The position numbers were made by a program, and so were the translations under genes. Shown in pieces: positions 36,660 through 45,266 of a stretch of 64,000 nt of DNA. The notes beneath the pieces are model-generated. The model had not been told where the DNA came from and made no database searches. It was given only the letters and a program-made list of their open reading frames with translations. Numbering within the stretch: position 1 is the first letter of the stretch; the number at the start of each line of letters is the position of its first letter. Where the stretch lies: assembly GCA_963820825.1 (NCBI GenBank), contig CAWGBN010000006.1, positions 320,001 through 384,000 of the forward strand, in the 5' to 3' direction. The stretch is from Vulcanimicrobiota bacterium (GTDB taxonomy: Bacteria > Vulcanimicrobiota > Vulcanimicrobiia > Vulcanimicrobiales > Vulcanimicrobiaceae).

Positions 36660-37427
36660 CTACAGCCCTGCGGCGAACGATGACACGACCGCGCCGCAGA
36701 GCGTCGCCGCAAAGTTGACGCCGTCGTTCTCCAGCCAGCCCGCGCCGCGCCGCAGCGTCGTCTTCGCGCCGCAATCGTGGGCGAGCGTCTCGCACTCGCA
36801 CGCGCAGACCGGACACCACCGCACCGCCTGAAGGCTCGCGCCGAGGATCGAGTCGGCGATCGCTCCCGCGAAGCCGCCCAAGGCGACGCTCCAAAACGGC
36901 GCGATGCCGATGCCTGCGGCCACCGCCGCGACGCAGAGCGATCCCGCTGCGGTCGCCGCGATTCCGAGGAGCGTCACGCCGCCCGAGCGTCCGGGTGCGA
37001 GCGGACGCAGCGTGAGGATCGAGACCGGCGACGTGTGCGAGAGCATGCCGAGCTCGGTGCCCCACGTATCGGCCGATGCGGCGGCAAAGGCTCCGGCGAA
37101 TGCTGCGGCGAGCGGCGCACCGGAATAGACGCCGCCGAGCGCGCAGATCGCCGCGACGCCGCCGTTGGCGAGCACCTGCCAGGCGCTGCGCGCACCGGCG
37201 CGTTCGCGGGAGATCGCGCGTTTGCGCGCCGCGCCGACTCGCGAGAGCAGCGTCGAGGGCAGAAAGAAGGCAAAGAGTACGGCGGCGGCAGGCCATCCAC
37301 CGCGGCCGAAGACGACGGCGCCGACGGCGAACGCGGCAAGCGCGCCGCCGAACGAGAGCGCGCGCGTGCGATACGCGAGCACGGCGACGATCGCCGCGAA
37401 TGCGACGGCGATCGCTGCTTGGATCAT
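36660..37427 (-). CDS. DUF92 (TMEM19/VTE6-like) membrane protein
   Basis: RSAWQVLANGG, ADTWGTELG, SGGVT.LG, DSILGA, NDGVN. Confidence 0.9.
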   Translation of the reverse strand: MIQAAIAVAFAAIVAVLAYRTRALSFGGALAAFAVGAVVFGRGGWPAAAVLFAFFLPSTLLSRVGAARKRAISRERAGARSAWQVLANGGVAAICALGGVYSGAPLAAAFAGAFAAASADTWGTELGMLSHTSPVSILTLRPLAPGRSGGVTLLGIAATAAGSLCVAAVAAGIGIAPFWSVALGGFAGAIADSILGASLQAVRWCPVCACECETLAHDCGAKTTLRRGAGWLENDGVNFAATLCGAVVSSFAAGL

Positions 37428-38953
37428 CGCCGTCCAGCGAAGTAACGGTCGAGCGCGTCGAGAAGGCCGCCGGTGGTAAAGCGCTGCGCGACGACGTCGA
37501 CGCTCAACCCCGCATCGGCCGCCGCGCGCGCCGTGATCGGTCCGATGCAGGCGACGCATTTCCCGCACGCGAGCTCGGCCGCGGCCGTCTCGCCGCCGAG
37601 CAGCTCGCAGAAGCCACGCACCGTGCTTGCGCTGGTAAAGGTGAGCACGTCGGCAGAAGCGATCTTTCGCGCGAAATCGGGATCGCTCGGAACGACCGTC
37701 TTGTACGCCGGTGCGATCGTGACGCTCAAGCCCGCCTCTTCGAGCGTGCGCGGCAAGACGTCGCGCGCTTCTTGCGCGCGATAGATGAGGACGCGTGCTC
37801 CGGGACGCGAGCCGTCGATCACCGCGCGCGCAACCGCTTCGGCAACGAAGGTTTCGGGAACGGCGTCGGCTACGATTCCGTGCGCGCGCAACCGCTCCGC
37901 GGTGCGCTCGCCGATCGCCGCAACTTTGGCATCGCGCAGCGCGCGTGCGTCGGCGCTGCGTGCGGCAAGCCGGCCGAAGAAGGCGTCGACGCCGTTCTGC
38001 GAGGTAAAGACGACCCAATCGAACGAGCCCAAGGCGTCGATTGCATCCTCGCCCGGCTTCGAGTCGTCGGGGCGCGCGATGGCGATTGCCGGCGCGCGCA
38101 CCGGTTCGGCACCGCGCTCGAGGAGGGCGCGGGCAAAGCTCTCGGATTGTTCGCCGGCGCGCGTGATCGCGACGTGCTTGCCGAAGAGCGGCCGTGCGTC
38201 GAACCAGCGGAGCCGTTCGCGCAGGCGCGCGACCTCGCCGACGACGATGACTGCCGGCGCCCCGACGTTCGCGTGCTTGACGTCTTGCGCGATCGAAGCG
38301 AGCGTTCCGACCACGGTGCGCTGCGTCGGACGCGTGCCGTCGGAGACGACGGCGACGGGCGTCGTCCCGGCGAGTCCGTTGGCGACGAGCTGCTCGGCAA
38401 TCTCGCAGAGGTTTGCGGTTCCCATCAAGATCAGCAGCGTGCGCTTCGGATCGGCGAGCTTTGCCCAGTCGAGCGTCGAGGCGGCCTTGCTTGGATCTTC
38501 GTGACCGGTGAGCACCGTGAACGATGCAGCGTGCTCGCGGTGCGTCACCGGGATCCCGGCGTACGCGGGCGCTGCCAGCGCCGAGCTGATCCCGGGCACG
38601 ATCTCGAACGCGACTCCCGCGGCCTGCAGCGCTTCGGCCTCTTCGCCGCCGCGTCCGAAGACGAACGGGTCGCCACCTTTGAGGCGCACGACGAAGCGTC
38701 CCGCGCGCGCCTTCGCAATCGCCAGCGCTTCGATATCCGCTTGCGGCATCGCATGCTCGCCGGCGCGTTTGCCGACGTAGATGCGCTCGCATTGCGGCGG
38801 CGCGAGCGCAACGATCGCGTCGCTTGCCAGCGCGTCGTAGAGCAATACCTCGGCCTCGCGCAGTGTTTGTGCGGCCCGTAACGTCAGCAGGCCCGGATCG
38901 CCCGGGCCTGCACCGACGAGAGCGACTCGGCCTAGGCGGTTATTTTCCGGCAT
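37424..38953 (-). CDS. cobA-hemD: Uroporphyrinogen-III C-methyltransferase / uroporphyrinogen-III synthase fusion
   Basis: VGAGPGDPGLLT, RLKGGDPFVFGRGGEE; FTSQNGV, FTSASTV, IGPIT. Confidence 0.93.
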   Translation of the reverse strand: MPENNRLGRVALVGAGPGDPGLLTLRAAQTLREAEVLLYDALASDAIVALAPPQCERIYVGKRAGEHAMPQADIEALAIAKARAGRFVVRLKGGDPFVFGRGGEEAEALQAAGVAFEIVPGISSALAAPAYAGIPVTHREHAASFTVLTGHEDPSKAASTLDWAKLADPKRTLLILMGTANLCEIAEQLVANGLAGTTPVAVVSDGTRPTQRTVVGTLASIAQDVKHANVGAPAVIVVGEVARLRERLRWFDARPLFGKHVAITRAGEQSESFARALLERGAEPVRAPAIAIARPDDSKPGEDAIDALGSFDWVVFTSQNGVDAFFGRLAARSADARALRDAKVAAIGERTAERLRAHGIVADAVPETFVAEAVARAVIDGSRPGARVLIYRAQEARDVLPRTLEEAGLSVTIAPAYKTVVPSDPDFARKIASADVLTFTSASTVRGFCELLGGETAAAELACGKCVACIGPITARAAADAGLSVDVVAQRFTTGGLLDALDRYFAGRR

Positions 38954-40232
38954 CCGAGAGATTGAGCTCGAAGAGATCGTCGAGCACGCGCGCGCTCGAG
39001 AGCGCCTCGGCGTGATCGAGCGTCGCCTTCTCGCGAATCCGCAGGATCGCCGAGTGCAGCAGCTTGGAGACGATCGTCATCGTCATGCCGGTCACGAGCA
39101 TGCGCTCGCGTTCGTCGAGATCGGCGCAGCGCGCGAAGAGGCGCTCGAGCTCGGCAACGCGGATCGCCTCGGCCTTTTGCGTCAATCGCGCGATGACCGG
39201 AACCGCGACGCGCGCACGATACCAGTTCTCGAAGCGCTCGACGTATTCGGCGATGATCTCTTCGGCCGCAGGAATCGCTTCGCGCCGGAGATCGAGGCGC
39301 TCGTCGACGACCGATTTGAGCCCATCGATGTCGACCAGCGAGACGTTCGGAACCTCCGCGACCGTCGGATCGACGTCGCGCGGCACCGCAATGTCGACGA
39401 TGAAGAGCGCACGCTCCGGGCGTTGCGCCATCGCACGCCGTACCGTTGCTTCATCGAGCACGAAATCGGAGGAACCGGTCGATGCAACCACGACGTCGGC
39501 CTCGGCTATTGCGCTGGTAAGCTCCGGCAGCTCGACGGCCTCGCCGAAGCCGGCTTCGCTCACGAGGTCGCGCGAACGCGAGAGCGTGCGGTTGACGACG
39601 ATGACGCGCTGCGCGCCTTCCTGCCGCAGCCGCTTTACCGCGGCACGTCCCATCTTTCCGGCGCCGACGACGAGAATCGAGGTGCCTTCGAGCGTCGTGA
39701 GCCGGGCGCGCGCCGCCTCGACCGCAGCGGTCGCAAATGAGACCGACTCGCCGCCGATGCGCGTCTGCGCGCGCGCCGTCTTGCCGGCCGCGATCGCCTC
39801 GCGGAAGAGCCGGTGAAGCGTGCGCCCCAGCGACTTGGCGCGCGTCGCCGCGACGTAGGCATCCTTGACCTGTCCGAGGATCTCGGCTTCGCCGATCAGC
39901 ATCGAATCGAGGCCGGTGCAGACGCGGAAGAGATGCTCTACCGCCTGGCGCCCGAGCAGCGTGTAGAGATACGACTCGATGTCGTAGCCGGTCGTTCCGT
40001 GGCGGAAGTTTGAAAGAAACGATTTGATCTGGACGACGCCGTCCTCGTAATCGTCGAGCGCGGCGTAAATCTCCAAACGTCCGCAGGTCTGCAGCATGAC
40101 CGCTTCGCGCACCGCCTCGTAGTCGCGCAGGGCCACGAGCGCCTCGGCCATGCGCGAGGGCGGGAACGCGTGGCGTTCGCGCACTTCGACCGGCGCGGTA
40201 CGGTGCGAGAGCCCGATGCAGACGAGCGGCAT
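38940..40232 (-). CDS. hemA: Glutamyl-tRNA reductase
   Basis: GLSHRTAP, TCGRLEIY, GLDSMLIGEAEILGQ, GAGKMG, DIAVPRD. Confidence 0.95.
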   Translation of the reverse strand: MPLVCIGLSHRTAPVEVRERHAFPPSRMAEALVALRDYEAVREAVMLQTCGRLEIYAALDDYEDGVVQIKSFLSNFRHGTTGYDIESYLYTLLGRQAVEHLFRVCTGLDSMLIGEAEILGQVKDAYVAATRAKSLGRTLHRLFREAIAAGKTARAQTRIGGESVSFATAAVEAARARLTTLEGTSILVVGAGKMGRAAVKRLRQEGAQRVIVVNRTLSRSRDLVSEAGFGEAVELPELTSAIAEADVVVASTGSSDFVLDEATVRRAMAQRPERALFIVDIAVPRDVDPTVAEVPNVSLVDIDGLKSVVDERLDLRREAIPAAEEIIAEYVERFENWYRARVAVPVIARLTQKAEAIRVAELERLFARCADLDERERMLVTGMTMTIVSKLLHSAILRIREKATLDHAEALSSARVLDDLFELNLSDAGK

Positions 40233-40237
40233 CGGCG

Positions 40238-40903
40238 TTACTCTAAACTCAGCCGGTGGGTGAGAATCGCCATCTCACCGGCGAGGTCGATGTTTCGCAC
40301 GATGACCGGTCCGCGTAAGTGGAGCGGCATCGGCGCGAAGTTGAGAATCGCGCGAATGCCGAGATCGGCGACGCGCTGCGCGCTCTGTTGAGCGGCTTCG
40401 GCGGGAACGGAGATCACGGCGATGTTGCAGCCCGTCTCGGGAAGTGTCTGCTCCATTTCGTCGGCGCTGCGGACGACGATGCCGTTCCAACGCTGACCGA
40501 TGACGTCGGGGGCGCGGTCGTAGATCGCGGCGACGTTGAAGCGCCGTTCGCGCGCGCTGATGAACGAGGCGAACGCACGCCCGAGATACCCAAAACCAAC
40601 GATCGCGATCCGCCAGTCATGCTCCAATCCTAAGACCCAGGCGAGCTGTTCGACAAGCGGATCGATCGCATAGCCCTGGCCGCGGCGGCCGAAGGGACCC
40701 AGCGCCGAGAGATCCTTGCGTATCTGCGTGCTGGCGATCGTATGCCCGAGCAGCGCGGCGAGTCCGTGCGAGGTGATCGTCCGCTTCCCGCTCGCGTGCG
40801 CCTGTCGAAGCGCCCGATGATACGCGTAGAGCCGGGGGATCGAGACCTCGACCAGGGGCTCGGCCGACTCCAGGCGGCTCGCTTGGAGCTTGGGATCGAT
40901 CAT
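40238..40903 (-). CDS. rex: Redox-sensing transcriptional repressor Rex
   Basis: RL..Y, IRKDLS..G.FGRRGQGY, VGFGYLG, ILNFAP. Confidence 0.92.
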   Translation of the reverse strand: MIDPKLQASRLESAEPLVEVSIPRLYAYHRALRQAHASGKRTITSHGLAALLGHTIASTQIRKDLSALGPFGRRGQGYAIDPLVEQLAWVLGLEHDWRIAIVGFGYLGRAFASFISARERRFNVAAIYDRAPDVIGQRWNGIVVRSADEMEQTLPETGCNIAVISVPAEAAQQSAQRVADLGIRAILNFAPMPLHLRGPVIVRNIDLAGEMAILTHRLSLE

Positions 40904-42198
40904 GCGGTCGCCACGAGGGCGCCGAGCGAGGCGTCGGCGGCCGCAACCGTCCACTCGACGTCGCGCGGCGTATGGGCAGCCGAAAGAAAGTTCGCTTCGA
41001 AGGGCGAGGGAGCGAGGTAGACACCGCGATCGAGCATGGCGCCAAAGTACTTCGCGAAGAGTGCCCGATCGGACTTTTGGGCGCTCTCTAGATCGCGTAC
41101 CGGCTCGGGAACGAAGAAGAGCGAGAACATCGCCCCGGCGCGAGCGACCTGATGCGAGATGCCGTGACGCTGCATCACGGCTGAGAGCCCGTCGCAGAGC
41201 GCGGCGGCCGTCGCGTCGAGACGCTCGTAGAGGGTCGCGTCGCCCGCGACGGCGGTCAGCACGGCGAGCCCGGCCGCCATTGCGATCGGGTTGCCCGAGA
41301 GCGTTCCGGCCTGGTAGACGGGTCCATCGGGAGAGAGGTAGGCCATGATGTCGGCGCGGCCGCCGAATGCGGCAACCGGCAAGCCGCCGCCGATGATCTT
41401 CCCCAGCGTCGTCAAGTCGGGAACGATGCCTTCGAGTGCCTGCGCGCCGCCGCGCGCGACGCGAAAACCGCTCATCACCTCGTCGAAGATCAGCAGCGCA
41501 CCCGATGCCGTGCAGAGCTCGCGCAGCTTCTGCAGATATCCGGGTTCCGGCAGCACGAGCCCCATGTTGCCGGGATACGGCTCGACTATCACCGCGGCGA
41601 TCGAGTCGCCGGCGGCGGCGAAGGTCTTCTGGGCGGCCTCGGTGTCGTTGAATGCTAGAAGGATCGTGTCGCGCGCGACGCCCTCGGTGACGCCGGGCGA
41701 GTTCGGCACTCCGTGCGTCAACGCGCCGGAACCGGCGGCGATCAAGAACGAATCGCCGTGACCGTGGTAACAGCCGGCGAACTTGACGATCTTGTCGCGG
41801 CGCGTGAAACCGCGAGCGAGACGAATCGCCGAAATCGTCGCTTCGGTGCCGCTCGAGACGAAGCGCAGCCGTTCGATCGAAGGCATCATCGAAACGATCG
41901 TCTCCGCAAGCTCGCTCTCGAGCTCGGTCGGCGTTCCGAATGAGGTTCCGCGCGCCGCGGCGTTGGTAATCGCGCGCGTTACCGCGGGATGCGCGTGACC
42001 GAGCAGCACGGCTCCCCACGACATCACGTAGTCGATGTACTCGTGACCGTCGAGATCGTAGAGCATCGCGCCCGAACCGCTCTTCATGAAGACCGGCGAG
42101 AGTCCGACCGCGCCGAGCGCGCGGACGGGCGAGTTGACGCCGCCGGCGATGACGCGCCGGGCCCGCGCAAAGGCGGTGATCGAGCGTTCCAGCTTCAC
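40900..42198 (-). CDS. hemL: Glutamate-1-semialdehyde 2,1-aminomutase
   Basis: GGVNSPVRA, SGTEAT, GCYHGH, FDEVMSGFR, GKIIGGGLP, QAGTLSGNP. Confidence 0.95.
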   Translation of the reverse strand: MKLERSITAFARARRVIAGGVNSPVRALGAVGLSPVFMKSGSGAMLYDLDGHEYIDYVMSWGAVLLGHAHPAVTRAITNAAARGTSFGTPTELESELAETIVSMMPSIERLRFVSSGTEATISAIRLARGFTRRDKIVKFAGCYHGHGDSFLIAAGSGALTHGVPNSPGVTEGVARDTILLAFNDTEAAQKTFAAAGDSIAAVIVEPYPGNMGLVLPEPGYLQKLRELCTASGALLIFDEVMSGFRVARGGAQALEGIVPDLTTLGKIIGGGLPVAAFGGRADIMAYLSPDGPVYQAGTLSGNPIAMAAGLAVLTAVAGDATLYERLDATAAALCDGLSAVMQRHGISHQVARAGAMFSLFFVPEPVRDLESAQKSDRALFAKYFGAMLDRGVYLAPSPFEANFLSAAHTPRDVEWTVAAADASLGALVATA

Positions 42199-42211
42199 GA
42201 TGAACCGGCTT

Positions 42212-42760
42212 TCATGGCAGATCCCCGATTTCGTTGACGTTGTGAAAACTCTGGGCGTCGCACGAAACGAAGCGCGCGGCCAGACGTTCGATGAGGTCTC
42301 GCATGGCGCCCTTGCCCCGCAACTCGAATCCCTCGCGCAGCGCCGCGGTGCGATCGTAGAGCGCCGCGAGCGGTTCGATCCCTCCGGCGTGCTCCGGCAC
42401 GACCGCTTCGTCGCCGGGCTGCCACGCAGCCGCGATGCGATCGAGCACGGCGGCCTCGAGATTCGGCTGATCGGCCGCGACGGCGAAGACACGCTCGGCC
42501 TCGATCGTGCAGCAGGCATCGAGAAATGCGGCGAGCGGGCCGCACCCGGGCCGCCGATCGACGATCATCGGCCCCTCGATCGCGGCATCGATGTCGCGCG
42601 GAAAGGAGCCCTTCGCCGCGACGTAGACCGGCCGCCCCGTTTCGCGAAGGCGGCGGAAGCAGCGCACGAGCATCGGCTCGCCGTCGATCGCGTGGGCGAG
42701 CTTGCCGGGGAAGCGCCGCGCTTCGCCGCCGGCGAGCAGGAGGATCGCGACGCTATCCAT
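42212..42760 (-). CDS. mobA: Molybdenum cofactor guanylyltransferase
   Basis: LLAGGEARRFPGK, GPLAA, DQP, EPLAALY, FHNVN. Confidence 0.88.
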   Translation of the reverse strand: MDSVAILLLAGGEARRFPGKLAHAIDGEPMLVRCFRRLRETGRPVYVAAKGSFPRDIDAAIEGPMIVDRRPGCGPLAAFLDACCTIEAERVFAVAADQPNLEAAVLDRIAAAWQPGDEAVVPEHAGGIEPLAALYDRTAALREGFELRGKGAMRDLIERLAARFVSCDAQSFHNVNEIGDLP

Positions 42761-43722
42761 GGCGCCGCGCGTACTCGCGCGCAAAGTAGGTGATGACGAT
42801 ATCGGCGCCGGCCCGCACGAACGACGTCAAGAGCTCGTCGACGGCCCGCGCTTCGTCGAGCCACCCGTGTCGCCGCCGCTGCTTTGAGCATCGCATATTC
42901 ACCGCTTACGTTGAAGACCGCGAGCGGAACGTCGAATCGCTCGCGCGCGGCGCGCAACACGTCGAGGTATGGAAGCCCAGGCTTGACCATGACGATATCG
43001 GCGCCTTCGGCAATGTCGAGCGCGATCTCGCGCAGCGCCTCGCGCGCGTTGGGCGGATCCATCTGATAGCTGTGCCGGTCGCCGAATTGCGGCGTCGATC
43101 CCGCCGCTTCGCGGAACGGGCCGTAGAATGCCGAGGCGTACTTTGCGCTGTACGCCATGATCGCGACGTCCTTCGCGCCGTCGCGGTCCAGTGCGCCGCG
43201 AATCGCCGCGACGCGTCCGTCCATCATATCGGAGGGCGCGATGACGTCGGCCCCTGCCGCCGCGTAGGTGCGGGCGATCCGGCAGAGGAGCTCGACGGTC
43301 GCATCGTTTTCGACCGCGCCGTCTCCGTTCAGGATGCCGCAGTGACCGTGATCGGTGTACTCGCAGCAGCAGAGATCGGCGATGACGACCATCTCCGGCA
43401 CCGCCTCCTTGATCGCGCGAATCGTGCGTTGAACGATTCCTTCGGGATCGTAGCTGCTCGATGCCGCAGCGTCCTTGGCGGAGGGAATGCCGAAGAGCAG
43501 CACGCTCTTGATGCCGAGCGAAAAGAGCTCGCGTGCCGCGGCGACGGCGCCGTCGAGCTCGAGGCGTGCGATGCCGGGCATCGACTCGATCGGTCCCGCA
43601 TCCGCGGCGCGTTCGGCGACGAAGAGCGGCTGGACGAGCTGCTCGACGTGGATGCGGTGCTCGCGAACGAGCGCGCGCACGACCTCGGTGCGGCGCAGAC
43701 GCCGCGGACGTATTACGATCAG
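42753..43722 (-). CDS. hemB: Porphobilinogen synthase, Zn-type (frameshift at about 42870, probable sequencing error)
   Basis: RPRRLR, DLCCCEYTDHGHCG, PSDMMDGR, FYGPFR, MVKPG, VSGEY; the tail GWLD..RAGADIVITY lies in the +1 frame; start codon uncertain. Confidence 0.9.
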
Positions 43723-45203
43723 TTTCCCACCCCCGAACTTACGGTAGCGGACTGCAAGCGCTCCGCGATTTCGGCGCCGAGCTCGCGTGCTTGCGCAAGC
43801 GTTGCGATCGCGCGTTCGAGCTTCGTGCGAACGAGCGCGCCGCGCTCCGGCGCGTAGGCCCCGTGCACGACCATCGTTTCGGTCTGGAACGACGCGTGGA
43901 TGCCGAGCGGCGCGCTGCACCCGGCGCGCATCGCAGCGAGCGCCGCGCGCTCGCAGGTGACGCAGAGCTCGCTCACCGGATCGCCGGCCGCATCGCGAAG
44001 CAGCGTCGCAAGGTGCTCGTCGTCGGCGCGCGTCTCTATCGCGAGCGCGCCTTGCCCGACGGCCGGAACCATGACTTCGATCGGGAACGGAACGACGTGC
44101 GTCGCGGTTGCGCCGAGGCGCTCAAGCCCGGCCATCGCCAGAACGATCGCGTCGTACTCGCCTGCGGCGAGCTTACGTAGACGCGTATCGACGTTGCCGC
44201 GCAGCGATTCGTAACGCAAGTCGGGACGCAGCGCTTCGAGCTGAACGCGGCGGCGAGGGCTCGACGTGCCGACGACCGCGCCGGCCGGAAGCGCCGCCAA
44301 GTCGGGATAGCGTTCGCTGCAGTAGACGTCACGCGGGTCGGCTCGCTGCGAAATCGCGGCAAGATGCATATCGGCGGGTAACGAGCCCGGAAGGTCCTTG
44401 CACGAGTGAACCGCATAATCGGCGCGCCGGTCGCGCAGTGCACTCTCGAGCTCTTTGACGAAGACGTTGACGGCTCCGATCTGCTCGATCGGAGTCACCC
44501 GGTCGCGATCGCCCGTCGTCGTTACGCCGAGCAGCCGCGTCGCGATGCAGCGTTCGGCCAGACGTGCGGCAATGCTGCGGCTCTGCGTCAGCGCCAGCGC
44601 GCTCTCGCGCGTCGCACAGATCAGCGTTGCCGGCGCTCGCGCGAGTTCCTCGATCGGGCGTTCGGCTAGCGCGCGCAGAATCGTCGCGCGCTCCGCCGGC
44701 GCAAAGGTCTCCAGGACGTACGTTCGCATGCGCGCGAGCGTTTCGAGCGCCTCGCCGTAGCGCTTACCGAGCGCATCGGCGAGGTCGCGCGCGACGCGTC
44801 GCGAAAAGGCCGGCGCATTCCCGCCGGACTCGACGCCGATGGTCAGCGCTCCGACGCGTTGCGTCGCGGGCATCGTAAAATCGCCGCGAGCGGGATTTCC
44901 GGCGTCGCAGACGAGCGCTTGCGCGGTGCGGGCGTCGGCGACGATGCGTGCATTGAGTTCGGAATCGTCGGTGGCTGCGACGACTAGCGTCGCGCCGGCC
45001 ACGTCGCTCGATTCGTACGCGCGCTGCGCGTACGAGCTGCCGTTCGTGCTTAAGAATGCGCGAAGCCGGTCGCCGATTCGTTCGGCAACGACGAAGATTG
45101 GGAATCCGGCGTCCGCGATCGATTCGGCTTTACGTGCCGCGACGTCGCCTCCGCCGACGATAACGGCTCGACGACCGTTCGGCCGGAGTGATATGGGGAG
45201 CAT
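43719..45203 (-). CDS. hemC: Precorrin-2 dehydrogenase (SirC/CysG-N-like) fused to hydroxymethylbilane synthase
   Basis: VGGGDVAARK, AATDD, DFTMPA; then ATRESALALTQ, TTGD, VHSCKD, GTSSPRR, RGNVDTRL, PAVGQG, GCSAP. Confidence 0.9.
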   Translation of the reverse strand: MLPISLRPNGRRAVIVGGGDVAARKAESIADAGFPIFVVAERIGDRLRAFLSTNGSSYAQRAYESSDVAGATLVVAATDDSELNARIVADARTAQALVCDAGNPARGDFTMPATQRVGALTIGVESGGNAPAFSRRVARDLADALGKRYGEALETLARMRTYVLETFAPAERATILRALAERPIEELARAPATLICATRESALALTQSRSIAARLAERCIATRLLGVTTTGDRDRVTPIEQIGAVNVFVKELESALRDRRADYAVHSCKDLPGSLPADMHLAAISQRADPRDVYCSERYPDLAALPAGAVVGTSSPRRRVQLEALRPDLRYESLRGNVDTRLRKLAAGEYDAIVLAMAGLERLGATATHVVPFPIEVMVPAVGQGALAIETRADDEHLATLLRDAAGDPVSELCVTCERAALAAMRAGCSAPLGIHASFQTETMVVHGAYAPERGALVRTKLERAIATLAQARELGAEIAERLQSATVSSGVGN

Positions 45204-45266
45204 ACGAACGCACAAAGAGTTCCGCGGCCGGCAGCTAAAAACCGCCTAGGTGACGGGCCGCGATTG

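Noticed and set aside
42240..42257. Rex operator (TTGTGAA) near the hemL start
   Set aside because: Only a half site, and it lies inside mobA coding sequence
9888..44180. Many long alternative-frame or antisense ORFs (e.g. 9888-11237, 12670-14172, 29064-30797, 37076-38881)
   Set aside because: They are Arg/Ala-rich shadow ORFs expected in high-GC DNA, overlap well-supported genes and contain no recognisable motifs
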